DNA of 64,000 nt from Rhizobium sp. Q54 (GTDB taxonomy: Bacteria; Pseudomonadota; Alphaproteobacteria; Azospirillales; Azospirillaceae): positions 200 through 64,199 of the forward strand of contig CALRNG020000001.1 of the NCBI GenBank assembly GCA_943369495.1, given 5' to 3'. The translations under genes and the position numbers were made by a program. This document shows, in pieces, positions 19,759-30,281 of the stretch. The notes under the pieces were generated by a model. It worked only from the letters and a program-made list of their open reading frames with translations. It was not told where the DNA came from and ran no database searches. Position 1 is the stretch's first letter; every line of letters starts with the position of its first letter.

Positions 19759-21075
19759 ATGGTCACTCAGGCCGAAATCAATGTCATCAAGCGGCATATC
19801 AAGCCGGGCGATACCGTCATCGATGTCGGTGCGAACCGGGGCGAATGGACCCGGGAGGTCCTGGCCCATGCCCCAGGCTGTCGTCTGCTGGCCCTTGAGC
19901 CGCTGGTCAATGTTGATCCGGCCATCCAAGCGGGGCTGACAAGCCTGGACGAGCGGGTCACGGTCCTGCCCATCGGTCTGGGGGATCAGGAAGGCCGGCG
20001 TCAATTCACCTATTATGCGACCCATTCGAGTTTCAGCGGCTTCTACAAGCGCAGTGCGCCCATTTTCGATACGCTGCCTGCCCCGGACATCGTGAATGTC
20101 GATGTCCGACGGCTCGACGCGCTGTGCGCCGAACAGGGCATCCGTCACGTCCATTTTCTCAAGATCGATGTAGAAGGCGGGGAGTGGGAAGTGGTCCGGG
20201 GGGCAGCAGACCTGCTGCGCCGGGCCCGGGTTGATTTCGTCCAGTTCGAATATGGCGGCACCTATCCGGACGCCCATACAAAACTGGAATGGGTCTTCAC
20301 CTATCTGAGCGAGCAGGGGTACGACCTTTACAAGGTCGAGGACACGCTGCGGGGTCCGCTCACCTGGGAAGCCAGCCTGGAGGATTTCACCTACTCCAAC
20401 TTCCTGGCCATCAACCAGCGCCTGCGGGGCCTGTTGCGGGGGGACAAGCCCCGCATGTTGGATACGGCCACCCTGCTGGCGGAGTACGGGATCCAGCCCG
20501 CCAGCGTCCTGCATGTCGGTGCACATCTTGGGAAGGAGGCGGTCCAGTATCTGGAACACGGGATCAACCGCATCCTGTTGGTGGAGGCCAATCCGGATCT
20601 CGCGGCGGAACTGCGCCAACGGTTCGCCGACCGTCCTGAAATAGAGATCGCTGCCTGTGCGGCTGGCGACCGGAACGGCACCACCACTCTGCGCATCACA
20701 TCCAGCGACCAGAGCAGTTCCATCCTGCCCCTGCACCGGCATCTGGTCTTCTACCCCAGCATCACGGAAACACGGCAGGTCGAGGTAGAGTTGGCGCGTT
20801 TGGACGATATTGTGCGCCGCCATGGCTGGCAGCCGGCGGAGATTGATTTCCTGAACATGGATATTCAGGGGGCGGAGCACCTTGCCCTGGCCGGCGCGCC
20901 GGAAATCCTGCGCCATGTCCGTGCCATCAATATCGAGGTGAATTTCGACGAGCTTTACGCGGGCTGTGCTCAGATTGAGGAGATTGAGGAGATCCTGGGA
21001 GCAGCCGGTCTGCGCCGGGTGGCCATCACCTGCCCCTATCATTCCAGCTGGGGGGACGCCTTCTATGTCCGGTGA
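19759..21075 (+). CDS. Tandem double-FkbM methyltransferase
   Basis: Two domains: 'IDVGANRG...LKIDVEGGE' and 'LHVGAHLG...LNMDIQGAE'. Confidence 0.88.
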   Translation: MVTQAEINVIKRHIKPGDTVIDVGANRGEWTREVLAHAPGCRLLALEPLVNVDPAIQAGLTSLDERVTVLPIGLGDQEGRRQFTYYATHSSFSGFYKRSAPIFDTLPAPDIVNVDVRRLDALCAEQGIRHVHFLKIDVEGGEWEVVRGAADLLRRARVDFVQFEYGGTYPDAHTKLEWVFTYLSEQGYDLYKVEDTLRGPLTWEASLEDFTYSNFLAINQRLRGLLRGDKPRMLDTATLLAEYGIQPASVLHVGAHLGKEAVQYLEHGINRILLVEANPDLAAELRQRFADRPEIEIAACAAGDRNGTTTLRITSSDQSSSILPLHRHLVFYPSITETRQVEVELARLDDIVRRHGWQPAEIDFLNMDIQGAEHLALAGAPEILRHVRAINIEVNFDELYAGCAQIEEIEEILGAAGLRRVAITCPYHSSWGDAFYVR

Positions 21076-21094
21076 CGGTCAGAAGGCCTGAAGG

Positions 21095-22180
21095 CTATAT
21101 GGCCGCGCGGATCAGGCGGTCCAGCCAGGCGGCCCGGCCTGGCCGGCTGTGATCGGCCAGACAGCGCCGATGGCCAGCCGCTGCCAGGGTATCCCGTTCA
21201 GAAGGGTGGTCCAGATACCAGTCAATCTTCTCCAGCAACTCGCCATCTGACCGGAAGGTGGCGACTTCCCTGCCAGCCTCGAACAGGCTGGTCAGGTTCG
21301 GATCCTCTTCGGTCAACAGGAAGGCTCCGCTCCCCGTCGCCTCGAAAACGCGCATGTTCTGGCCGCGACCGCCCAATATGTCGATATGATTGTTGAGGCA
21401 AAGGCGGGCATCCCGCAATGCGCGGTACATGGGCCGACCGAACAGGGCGGGTGACAGCACGGTCGACAGGGCCGGTGGCAACACCAGCCCGGCCGCCACA
21501 GCCACATGGAAACGCAGATTCCATCCTCGATCCAATGCCGTACGGGCCACAAGGTCGAGCATTTGGATGCGGCTGCCATGCTCATGGCTCAACTGCCCGC
21601 AGAAGACCAGGTCCGGCAGGGGCTCTGCCATACCGGAGCCCAGGTGCGATGTGAAATCCGCCGGCACGCCAGGCAAGAACAGTTCTGCCCGTTTCGCACC
21701 CCGCGCGATGCCTTCAGCCCTGCACCCCGCGTCACTGGACAGAAGCACATCGATGCCGCGCCAGTCGGTCGCCTTATCGATGGCGGCCGCCCGCCAGCCC
21801 AGGACAAGCCGGGGTTTTGCCGGCAGGGTCGCCAGGAAGCGGGCGTCGAAGGAGAACGTGTCCTGGAGATAGAGAATTTCCGGTCGGTAATATTCCATCT
21901 GCGCCAACAGGATCGCCGGCAGGCCCGCAGGACCATCGGCCACGGTCAACCCGTTCTCGCGCGCCCAGGCATGCTGCAGGGACAGCGCATTGGCGACGAT
22001 CAAGGCGGGGGCATAGCCATGTGGCCCCATGTCGAGCCCGACCAGATGCAGGCAACTATAACCATCAGCCATGAGCACGCGCATCTGCTCGGCATAGGTC
22101 CCTTGGGCCAGCCCCGGGCGGGCCATGTAGAACTCCCGAAGATACTGATCATAGAAGGTTGTCAGCTGCACGAAGCGCAC
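21095..22180 (-). CDS. Glycosyltransferase, CgeB/Glyco_trans_1_2-like
   Basis: 'LNNHID...NMRVFEATGSGAFLLT...FEAGREV'; start uncertain (frame open to 22228). Confidence 0.85.
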   Translation of the reverse strand: MRFVQLTTFYDQYLREFYMARPGLAQGTYAEQMRVLMADGYSCLHLVGLDMGPHGYAPALIVANALSLQHAWARENGLTVADGPAGLPAILLAQMEYYRPEILYLQDTFSFDARFLATLPAKPRLVLGWRAAAIDKATDWRGIDVLLSSDAGCRAEGIARGAKRAELFLPGVPADFTSHLGSGMAEPLPDLVFCGQLSHEHGSRIQMLDLVARTALDRGWNLRFHVAVAAGLVLPPALSTVLSPALFGRPMYRALRDARLCLNNHIDILGGRGQNMRVFEATGSGAFLLTEEDPNLTSLFEAGREVATFRSDGELLEKIDWYLDHPSERDTLAAAGHRRCLADHSRPGRAAWLDRLIRAAI

Positions 22181-22323
22181 TGTGCCGGACTCCGGAGGAG
22201 AAATGGATCTGTCATGGTTAGATAGCACAATAAAGCTGTCACGTCGGCTCCGGTTGGGGGACTGGTCCCGGTACAGGCAGGCATGATAGGAAATGTTTTT
22301 TCCTGTTCGCTGCCGGGATTGCG

Positions 22324-23040
22324 ATGGTGGATCTGCCCCCCGATTATGATCCGGACTTCCTGCCTGTCTTCGCAGCAGCCCATCACGCCACCATGACCTC
22401 GTCGTCGCGCATGTACGCCCTGTACAAGGCCGTGCGCTACATTGTCGAAGCGGGCATTCCGGGCGATTTCGTGGAATGCGGCACCTGGATGGGTGGATCG
22501 GTCATGGTCATGGCCCTGACCCTGCGTCAGTGCGGGGTGGAGGACAGGACCATCCATGCCTATGACACGTTCGAAGGCATGCCCCCGCCGACAGCGGCGG
22601 ACAGGGATGTGAGCGGGGTACCGGCGGCAAGCCTGCTGGCGGGGGCGGATGCGGGCGATCCCACCTCCATCTGGTGCCGGGCGGGAATGGAGGCGGTTCG
22701 CGCCAACCTGGACAGTACCGGATACCCATCCGACCGGCTGCATCTGGTGAAGGGCCTTGTGGAGGAGACGATCCCGGCCCAGGCGCCGGACCGTATCGCC
22801 CTTTTGCGTCTGGACACAGACTGGTACACTTCCACCAAACACGAGCTGGAACAGCTTTATCCCCGGCTGTCGCCCGAAGGGGTACTGATCATCGATGATT
22901 ACGGGCATTGGCAGGGGGCCCGGCGGGCTGTGGATGAGTATTTCGGAAAAGACCGCCCCCTGCTGCTCAACCGGGTCGATTATACAGGCCGCATCGCGGT
23001 AAAGCCGCTCTCCCACGGGTTTCAACGCGGAGGCGTGTGA
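22324..23040 (+). CDS. TylF/MycF/NovP family sugar O-methyltransferase
   Basis: 'PGDFVECGTWMGGS', 'YDTFEG', 'LRLDTDWYTST', 'IIDDYG'. Confidence 0.92.
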   Translation: MVDLPPDYDPDFLPVFAAAHHATMTSSSRMYALYKAVRYIVEAGIPGDFVECGTWMGGSVMVMALTLRQCGVEDRTIHAYDTFEGMPPPTAADRDVSGVPAASLLAGADAGDPTSIWCRAGMEAVRANLDSTGYPSDRLHLVKGLVEETIPAQAPDRIALLRLDTDWYTSTKHELEQLYPRLSPEGVLIIDDYGHWQGARRAVDEYFGKDRPLLLNRVDYTGRIAVKPLSHGFQRGGV

Positions 23041-25079
23041 CGGTAGCGGCCGATCTCCATATAGGGGGGATCATCGCCACGTTCGGTAATGCCCAGATAA
23101 TCCAGTTCCCAGGCGTGACTGTTCTTGGCCAGCCGCATCTTCAGCCCGTGATCGGCCTCCAGCCAGGTAAGAAGCCCGTCCAGGCAGGCCTGACGGTAGA
23201 GACCGAGATCGGCTGGCGCACAGAGATAGGCCTTGCCCAGGCCGCACAGGAACAGACGCAGCCGGTGGGGATGGTCGCGCAGATGATCGAACAGGGCGTG
23301 GGTCACACAGAGACTGTCGGCCCGCAGGACATCATCCACACTGATCACAGCGCCGGGCGCCATCAGGTCGGTGCACCAGTCCAGATCATTGCGTACGGCG
23401 TCGTAGGAATGCTCCCCGTCGATATGCAGGAAGCGGCAGGTCCCGCGCCAGGACGCGGCGGCATCGGTGCGGCGCAGTTGGCGTGAGCAGCCTTCCAGCC
23501 AGTCGATACGGGCGGCATCCAGGCCAAAGCCGACCAGATGCCCGGCCACCAGATCGCGCTGTGGGGCGATATCGATGGCCAGAACCCGTTCATCGGGGCG
23601 CAGATACGGGGCCATCGCGGCCAGCCCGCTGCCCCGGAAAACCCCGATCTCCAGCCCATGACCCGTGATGCCCCGGCGCTGCTGCTCCGCCAGCAGAAAA
23701 TCCCAAATGCCAAACGACCCGTCGGACAGACCGCCATGACGCGGGGTCAGGGTCTGAATGGCCGTACGCCGGGCGTCATTGGCCTGTCGGCGGGCCGCCG
23801 TGGCGGGAACGGTAGCGGCCCCGCCCCGGGCCTCGGCCAGGGCGGCGGCATAGAGGGCGGCATAACGGCCGGCATGACGCTCCAGAGTGCATTCCTGTTC
23901 CACGAAGGCGCGGCCCGCGTGACCCCAGGCGGCCAGCCGGGCGCGGTCCCCCAGGGCGTCGGCCAGGGCGTGGGCGAAGGCGGCGGCATCGGTACCGCCG
24001 GCAAGGCGGCCACGCTCCCCGTCTCCCGTGATCTCAGACAGGCCACCGATGGGCAGGCCAACGATGGCGGTACCGCAGGCCATCGCCTCCAGGGCCGTGT
24101 TCGGGTAATTGTCCTGAAGGCTGGGCACCGCGACCAGATCGGCCAGGGCATAGAGGGGGACGAGGTCGGCATCAGCGTCGAGCGGCCCCATGGCGAGGGT
24201 TCGGATGCCGACCGGGGCCGGGACATCCCCCTGACCCACGGTCACCAGCACAATGCCGGCAGGATCGGGCAGAGCCGACAGACCCGCCTGCAAAAGTGCA
24301 TAGCCTTTGCGCGGATCGGTCAGCACATGGGCGACGAACAGCACGACGCGGTCATCGGGCGCGATCCCCAGCTTCTGACGCAAGAGACCGGTATCGACGG
24401 GACGGAACAGGCCGGTATCAAGGCCGGGGGGAACGACATGCACGGGCCGGTCGGCAAAAAGCCGGCTGCGCTGCGCCGCCGCCGCCATCCAGCGGGTGGG
24501 CGTCACGAAATGCAGCGGCGTCCGAAGCGTCGACAGCGCCTGCTCCTTACGCGCCATCACCTGGGCCGACAGATCGTCTGGCCGGTCGGACCCCAGCACG
24601 GGACAGCGCCCGCACCCTGCCGTGAAGCCCGCACAATCGCCCGCATAATGGCAGCCACCCGTGAAAGGATGCTGATCGTGCAGGGTCCAGACCAGGGCCT
24701 GTCCAGGCCGTCGGGCGGGCATGAAGGTGGACCAGTCGACCAGACCGCGCGTCCAATGCAGATTGAACACATCGACCGGACCCAGCCTTTGTTCCAGCAA
24801 CTGCGCGCGCGACGCCCGTTCGGAATGAAAGGGGCCCCAGCCCCGCAGCACCGCGTAGGGCGCTTCCTCGCCCCGCACCTGCGCTTCCCGCCGCTGCCAG
24901 TCGGCCAGCTCATCCGGCGTGTCGGGCTTGACCTCCACCATGGCCGGGTCCGTGCCCCAGGCCCGGGAGACATAGAGGGTATTGTCGATGCCGATCCGGC
25001 CCAGCCCCTGGCGGAGACGCTGCATCGCCCGCGCGGCACCGCCATTGATGTCAAAGCTGTTCAACAGGGCGACGCGCAT
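23022..25079 (-). CDS. GT4 glycosyltransferase fused to a C-terminal class I (Methyltransf_24-like) methyltransferase
   Basis: 'GGAARA', 'WTLHD..PFTGGCHY', 'DNYPNTALEAMACG'; C-terminal 'LEIGVFRG', 'LHIDGEHSY'. Confidence 0.85.
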   Translation of the reverse strand: MRVALLNSFDINGGAARAMQRLRQGLGRIGIDNTLYVSRAWGTDPAMVEVKPDTPDELADWQRREAQVRGEEAPYAVLRGWGPFHSERASRAQLLEQRLGPVDVFNLHWTRGLVDWSTFMPARRPGQALVWTLHDQHPFTGGCHYAGDCAGFTAGCGRCPVLGSDRPDDLSAQVMARKEQALSTLRTPLHFVTPTRWMAAAAQRSRLFADRPVHVVPPGLDTGLFRPVDTGLLRQKLGIAPDDRVVLFVAHVLTDPRKGYALLQAGLSALPDPAGIVLVTVGQGDVPAPVGIRTLAMGPLDADADLVPLYALADLVAVPSLQDNYPNTALEAMACGTAIVGLPIGGLSEITGDGERGRLAGGTDAAAFAHALADALGDRARLAAWGHAGRAFVEQECTLERHAGRYAALYAAALAEARGGAATVPATAARRQANDARRTAIQTLTPRHGGLSDGSFGIWDFLLAEQQRRGITGHGLEIGVFRGSGLAAMAPYLRPDERVLAIDIAPQRDLVAGHLVGFGLDAARIDWLEGCSRQLRRTDAAASWRGTCRFLHIDGEHSYDAVRNDLDWCTDLMAPGAVISVDDVLRADSLCVTHALFDHLRDHPHRLRLFLCGLGKAYLCAPADLGLYRQACLDGLLTWLEADHGLKMRLAKNSHAWELDYLGITERGDDPPYMEIGRYRHTPPR

Positions 25080-25168
25080 GAATTTCCAATCTCGGCACAA
25101 GGCTAACTGGCTGTGGATTCTGCCCAATCCCCGGGCTGAGAAGAAGCGGATTCTCGCGGATGCGGCCT

Positions 25169-25321
25169 TAATACCAAGAGCCATGGAGCATGACTCTTGG
25201 TACGTGCACTCGCCTTCAGTCGCCGGGCGCCGCCATCCGGCGGCTTGGCTTGCGCGCGCAGGGGTGCGCGGGCCGCCGGTCGGCGTCCTCCAAGGGTCAT
25301 GGTCCATGACCCTTGGTATAA
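25169..25321. repeat. ~153-bp hairpin-ended intergenic repeat
   Basis: Ends TACCAAGAGCCATGGAGCATGACTCTTGGTA and CCAAGGGTCATGGTCCATGACCCTTGGTAT; core CATCCGGCGGCTTGG resembles the 52853/60626 elements. Confidence 0.75.
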
Positions 25322-25388
25322 GCCCCTGACGCAACGGTCGAAAGTTCGCACCATTCCATGGCATGCTGGGGACAAAGAGGGGCAAAAG

Positions 25389-26306
25389 ATGATGAGCAGG
25401 AAAGATGTCGCGGCCCTGCTGGCCGAGGGGAGGGCCGCCGTGGCGGGCGGGGACGAGGCGGGGGCGCAGATCCTGTTCGCCCAGGCCGTGGCAGCCGCAC
25501 CCGATGATCCGGAGGGCCATGTCGAACTGGGCCGCTGCCTGAACCGGCAGGGTGACAGGCCTGGCGCCATCCGGTGCATGAGCCGGGCCGTTTCCATCGA
25601 TCCCGACGCCCATGCTGCCCTGAAACGGCTGCGCTGGCTTTTGCGGGACGACACGCTGGAGACCCCCTCGGCGCTGGCCCGTATCCAGGCGCGCGGGGTG
25701 AAGGTGGCCAGCGTCCTGGATGTCGGCGCCTCGGACGGAACCTGGTCACTCAAGGCCCGGCCCTGCTGGCCGCAGGCCCGTTATCATCTGGTGGAAGCCT
25801 TCGGCCATTGGCGGGAAAAGCTGGAGGCCCTGTGCGCGACCGAGCCCGCCTTCAGCCATGTCATCGCGGCGGCGGGTGCCACGCAGGGCGAGGTCTGGTT
25901 CTCCAACGATCCCGACGCCCCCTATGGCGGCGCCGCCAGCACGGAACCGGGGCAGGGACGCTGGCCGGTACCACAGGTGTCGCTGGCCGGTGAGGTCGAG
26001 CGCCTGGGCCTGCCCGGCCCCTATCTGATCAAGCTGGACACGCACGGGTTCGAACGGCCCATCCTGGAAGGGGCGGCAGCACTCCTGCCGCAGACCAGCC
26101 TGGTGGTGATCGAGACCTATCTTTTCCATATCCATCCCGATGCCATGCTGTTCCATGAAATCTGCGCCTATATGGCCGAGCGCGGCTTCCGCGTCATCGA
26201 CATGTCGGAGCCGCAATGGCGGACGCATGACCGGGCATTGTGGCAGATGGATTTGTTCTTCGTGCGGGATGACCGCCCGGAATTCGCCACCAGCAGCTAT
26301 GCCTGA
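25389..26306 (+). CDS. TPR + FkbM methyltransferase
   Basis: N-terminal TPRs ('APDDPEGHVELGRCL'); 'LDVGASDG', 'IKLDTHGFE', 'LWQMDLFF'. Confidence 0.85.
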   Translation: MMSRKDVAALLAEGRAAVAGGDEAGAQILFAQAVAAAPDDPEGHVELGRCLNRQGDRPGAIRCMSRAVSIDPDAHAALKRLRWLLRDDTLETPSALARIQARGVKVASVLDVGASDGTWSLKARPCWPQARYHLVEAFGHWREKLEALCATEPAFSHVIAAAGATQGEVWFSNDPDAPYGGAASTEPGQGRWPVPQVSLAGEVERLGLPGPYLIKLDTHGFERPILEGAAALLPQTSLVVIETYLFHIHPDAMLFHEICAYMAERGFRVIDMSEPQWRTHDRALWQMDLFFVRDDRPEFATSSYA

Positions 26307-26309
26307 CCC

Positions 26310-28370
26310 ATGTCGGCTCCCCGGACAGCCCTGCGCCTGGCGCTTCTGAACCCCTACGGCCCCAGCCATCCCATTGCGGAGCAGGAGCTGGCCCTGCGTC
26401 TGGCACGGGCCATCACGGGCCTGGGCTGGCAGGCGGCAATCCTCAGCCGGTCGGATGAGGTGGAGGCGATGAACCCCGATGCGGTGCTGTGCCTGCATCC
26501 CCAATCGTCGGGCAAGCTGACAGCCCATCCCTGGCTGGCCTGCTACTGGAACCCGCCATCGCTCCTGAAAGGGGCGGGCATGATGGTACGGAGCCTTGGG
26601 GAGGCGTTTGAGCTGACCCATGACGCCTATCTCGTCTCCGGACCGCAGCTGGCGGCGCATCTGGCGGGGCTGATGGCCGGGGTTGGGCGCGATCCCCCGA
26701 CCCTGCCTTTCCATGTCAGTTCCCCACGCTCCATCCTGGCTCCCCAACTGGGACCGGACAGCCGGCTGTTCTATGTCGGGTCCAACTGGGACGGGCGGCG
26801 TTATCCCATGTTGCTGCGCCGCCTGTCGGAGGCCGGCGTTCTCGCCCTGCACGGTACGGCGGAACGCTGGTCGCATCTGGCCGAGGCCTGGCAGGGTCCG
26901 CTGCCCTTCGACGGCATATCGGTGATCCAGGCCGCCCACCGCTGGGGCATGGGCCTGTGCCTGCATCTGCCGCAGCACCGGGCCGACGGCGTACCCAATA
27001 TGCGCGTGTTCGAACTGGCCGCCGCCGGCGCCGTGATCATCGCCGACCGCCATCCCTTTATCAGGCACTGGTTCGGGGACAGCGTGCTTTATGTCGATAC
27101 CGAGGGGGGAGAGGAAGAGACAGCCGAACGCATCCTGGAGCGCGTGGCCTGGATCCGCACACACCCCACCGAGGCCCGTGCCATGGCGGCGGAGGCCCAG
27201 GCCATCTTCAACCGCTCGCTCTGCCTGGAAACCCTGCTGGAGCCGCTGCCCGGCCTGCTCGATCGGCTGTGGCACGACCGCGCCAGGACGCATCCTGCCC
27301 GCGTCGGCGTACTGCTGCCCGGCCAGGACGATCTGCCGGGCCGGCTGCAGCAGCTGGCCGGGCAGGCGGGCGGGGGTCTGTCGGTCACGGCCCTGCTGCC
27401 TGCCGACAGCCCAGACATCCCGACAGCCGGCATCGTCCAGCGCCGCCTGTCCGGTCCCGTCGGGCTGGAGACGCTGCAAACGGGTCTGGCGGGACTGGAC
27501 GCCCTGGCCATCCTGCCCGAGGGGGTGGCCTGGCATCCGGGTCATCTCGCTTCCCTGGCCACCGCCCAGGACGGGGCCCAGGACGGGGCCCCCCGCATCG
27601 CCGCCGGCCTTTGGCCTGTTCCCGAGGGGGCGGCGGTGTTTCCCGTCAATGCGGAGGAGCGGCTGATCCTGCCGCCGCCCGATGAGGCCGATAGGGGGGA
27701 AGACAGGCCGCTGGCCCGAGCCTGGCTGCGGGCCGGCGGCCTTTATTGCCCCACCGCCCAGCTGATGTCCCTGGAGGAAGGGGAAGGATTCCAGAAGGCA
27801 GAGGCGGACGGGGGCTGGATGGGGCTGACCCTGGACCTGCCCGCCCGGTTGGCCGCCGCCGGCCCCGTGGCCCTGCCGCCGGTTCCCAGCCTGACCCTGG
27901 TCCGGGTGCCGGATATGGACTATACGCCCCGGCCTTGGCCTGCCGCCAGCAGCGACAGGGCCTGCGACCGACCTCACCAGCTGACGGGAATCAACGACAT
28001 GGATCCGGCCCTGGCTGGCAGCCTGCCCTGGCTCTGGCGGGATGACGATCTTGCACAATTGCCAGAAACGGGGCCGATCTGGCTCTATGGCGCGGGGCAG
28101 GGCGGGGAACTGGTCTGCGACGGGCTGCCATTGGCGGCGCGCAGCCGGTTGCGCGGTTTCCTGGACAGCCGCCGGCAAGGGGAGATGCGGGGCCTGCCCT
28201 TGTGCCGGCCCGGCGACCTGGACCCCGCCGAGATGGAGGCCGCCACCATCATCATCGCAGCCCAGTATGTCAGCGACATCCTGCTGACCCTGCGTCGGGA
28301 GCCGGTGACGCCCGCTCATATCCTGAACGCCTATCCCTATATCGCAGCCCGTATTGAGGCTGGGGGATAG
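26310..28370 (+). CDS. Multidomain glycosyltransferase with C-terminal Rossmann-like domain
   Basis: 'LFYVGSNWD', 'PNMRVFELAAAGAVII'; C-terminal 'IWLYGAGQGG...GFLDS...IIIAAQY'. Confidence 0.78.
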   Translation: MSAPRTALRLALLNPYGPSHPIAEQELALRLARAITGLGWQAAILSRSDEVEAMNPDAVLCLHPQSSGKLTAHPWLACYWNPPSLLKGAGMMVRSLGEAFELTHDAYLVSGPQLAAHLAGLMAGVGRDPPTLPFHVSSPRSILAPQLGPDSRLFYVGSNWDGRRYPMLLRRLSEAGVLALHGTAERWSHLAEAWQGPLPFDGISVIQAAHRWGMGLCLHLPQHRADGVPNMRVFELAAAGAVIIADRHPFIRHWFGDSVLYVDTEGGEEETAERILERVAWIRTHPTEARAMAAEAQAIFNRSLCLETLLEPLPGLLDRLWHDRARTHPARVGVLLPGQDDLPGRLQQLAGQAGGGLSVTALLPADSPDIPTAGIVQRRLSGPVGLETLQTGLAGLDALAILPEGVAWHPGHLASLATAQDGAQDGAPRIAAGLWPVPEGAAVFPVNAEERLILPPPDEADRGEDRPLARAWLRAGGLYCPTAQLMSLEEGEGFQKAEADGGWMGLTLDLPARLAAAGPVALPPVPSLTLVRVPDMDYTPRPWPAASSDRACDRPHQLTGINDMDPALAGSLPWLWRDDDLAQLPETGPIWLYGAGQGGELVCDGLPLAARSRLRGFLDSRRQGEMRGLPLCRPGDLDPAEMEAATIIIAAQYVSDILLTLRREPVTPAHILNAYPYIAARIEAGG

Positions 28371-28480
28371 AGCATTTTCCTCAAACGCCGCCGCTGCATC
28401 CGCCGCTTGGGCGACGCCGCACAAGCGGCGCGGCGGCCGTCGCCGCCAAAGCAGGTTCCGGTTAACCGGAACCTGCTTTG
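28368..28480. repeat. Intergenic repeat ending in a perfect 34-bp palindrome
   Basis: Starts TAGAGCATTTTCC, has the family core GCATCCGCCGCTTGG...GCGGCGCGGCGGCCGTCGCCGCC, and ends CAAAGCAGGTTCCGGTTAACCGGAACCTGCTTTG (28447-28480). Confidence 0.72.
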
Positions 28481-28934
28481 AACCCTGCGCAACCGGAGGC
28501 AACGGGAAAAATGGTTCTGTTTCATCCAGGGATGAAGGCCACGCGACATCGTGGAACCGGTCGAAGCGGACCGTTTCAAAATCCGCCTCCGAAATCTCCA
28601 GCAGCTCGGCTGCGCACAGCAGGGTCCGGATATCTCCGGCCTGCACCGCCAATTCCAGCCCGCGCAGGAAACCCTGGCGCAAGGGGGCCAGATCATCATC
28701 CGGGGCCGGCATCGGCGGCGGGGCCGGATGGCACAGACGGTCAAAGGCGGGACAGCGCCGCCGCGCCCGCCACAGGGCCCCGCGCGACAATCCGCACCAG
28801 GAAGCGACCCGCCCCACCGGCACGCCGTCGGCCAGGGCCAGCGCCACGGCATGCCAGCCTTCATCATCCAGTGTCCGGGAATCCAGTCCTGGGAAACGAC
28901 TGGTCAAACGGGGGCTTGGGGCAGGTGACGGCAT
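28481..28934 (-). CDS. Hypothetical HTH-like protein, 3' end obscured by the repeat (possible pseudogene)
   Basis: 'VALALADGVPVGRVASWCGLSRGALWR' is HTH-like. The frame has no stop until 25746 and reads antisense through two genes, so the true end is unknown. Confidence 0.35.
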
Positions 28935-29057
28935 GGGAAAGGCTCCCGGCAGCAGGACTTAGGATTTTATACTTATCACGGGAGGTGGGGGTAAGGCCAG
29001 AAATCGGCACGGCCGGCACCGCCCCCCCTGGGGGCAAGCCCTTGATTGGCGGGGAGA

Positions 29058-29314
29058 AGTCGGGACTCTACTCGCGCCCCTCCCGACCGCGCCTTGCTTG
29101 CACAGGCGCAGCAGCACCCTGTTCGCGATTCGGGGGGCAAAAGAAAACAAGGAGACGCCTGGAAAATTCGCGGGCCGATTCTGTCCCCGGGACTCTACTC
29201 GCGCCCCTTCGGGACTCTACTCGCGCGACTCGGACTTATCCCCGGGACTCTACTCGCATAACTATAAGTTAGAATCTAAAAGCCTTTCTAATAGCTAGCG
29301 CGAGTAGAGTCCCG
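29058..29314. repeat. Iteron-containing replication origin (oriV)
   Basis: CGGGACTCTACTCGC at 29061, 29188, 29210 and 29243 (direct; last three spaced 22 and 33 bp), then an AT-rich segment 29258-29297, then an inverted copy at 29299-29314. Confidence 0.88.
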
Positions 29315-29351
29315 GTTGCATTCATAGAAAGCCGGCGTAATCTTCCAGGCC

Positions 29352-30281
29352 ATGGGAACAATACATCAGCTCATCCGGCAGCACGGCAAGGATACCGCCA
29401 AGCTGTATGCCGACCCGGACGAGAAGCATCTCGTCGATATCGCCGCCGAAGTCATGGCCGGCGAGCGGGAGGATTTGGGCTGGGCCTATACAGGCTGGGC
29501 ATTCACCGCCCTGCCGCACAAGCGGGTTCCCGACGATGCTGTCTGGCAGCGCGAAATGGGGCAGGTCACCTTGACCATCAGTCCGGGCCATCTGCCCGGC
29601 AAGACGCGCAGCGAACTGGTGAAAGTGGGCGTGCCATTCGGGGCGCATGCACGACTGGTCATGCTCTATCTACAAACCCAGGCCATCCGCACGGGCAGCC
29701 GGGAGGTGCAGGTAGGCCGGACCATGAACGCCTTCCTGGAACGGATCGGCGTGGCACCGGGCGGCAAGACACGGGCGTCGGTCAGCGAGCAATTGCGCCG
29801 GATTGCCGCCTCTACCGTCATGTTCAGCTGGCAGCAGACGCCCGACAGCGCGCCCGGCTTCATGCGACAGACCATCATCAAGGGCGGCCAGCTGGGCGTG
29901 CGGATGACGGACGATACGCAGGGCGCGCTCTGGGAAGAGCACATCGTGCTGTCGGAGGATTTCTACGACAATCTGCGCAAATACCCGATCCCGCTGCTGG
30001 AACAGGCCATTCGGGCCATCGGCGCCAGCAGTCTGGCGCTTGATCTCTATGTCTGGCTGTCTTACCGGCTGCGCAGCCTGTCCAAACCAACCACCATTTC
30101 CTGGCAGGCCCTGCATGCCCAGCATGGCGCGGAATATGCGCGGATCCGCGATTTCAAGCGCTTCATGATCCCGCAATTGAAGCTGGCGCTGGCAGCATAT
30201 CCGCAGGCGCATGTGACGCTGGAGGATGAGGGGCTGATGCTGTACCCGTCAGCCCCGCCGATCAGCAAGCTGGGCGGATAG
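29352..30281 (+). CDS. repA: Plasmid replication initiator, RepA_C-like family
   Basis: 'ALPHK', 'GVPFGAHARL', 'SSLALDLYVWLSYRL', 'AYPQA'; flanked by iterons. Confidence 0.88.
   Translation: MGTIHQLIRQHGKDTAKLYADPDEKHLVDIAAEVMAGEREDLGWAYTGWAFTALPHKRVPDDAVWQREMGQVTLTISPGHLPGKTRSELVKVGVPFGAHARLVMLYLQTQAIRTGSREVQVGRTMNAFLERIGVAPGGKTRASVSEQLRRIAASTVMFSWQQTPDSAPGFMRQTIIKGGQLGVRMTDDTQGALWEEHIVLSEDFYDNLRKYPIPLLEQAIRAIGASSLALDLYVWLSYRLRSLSKPTTISWQALHAQHGAEYARIRDFKRFMIPQLKLALAAYPQAHVTLEDEGLMLYPSAPPISKLGG

Noticed and set aside
18991-21042. 683-aa minus-strand ORF
   Set aside because: Shadow of the FkbM genes.
27565-27592. 12-bp tandem duplication (AQDG-AQDG)
   Set aside because: Only two in-frame copies in a probable linker; no evidence of phase variation.
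25746-28480. 1062-aa minus-strand ORF taken as one protein
   Set aside because: Beyond the first ~150 aa it is antisense to two well-supported genes.
29061-29314. Repeats as a possible CRISPR array
   Set aside because: Only 15-16 bp with irregular short spacers, one inverted copy, adjacent to rep, and no cas genes: these are iterons.
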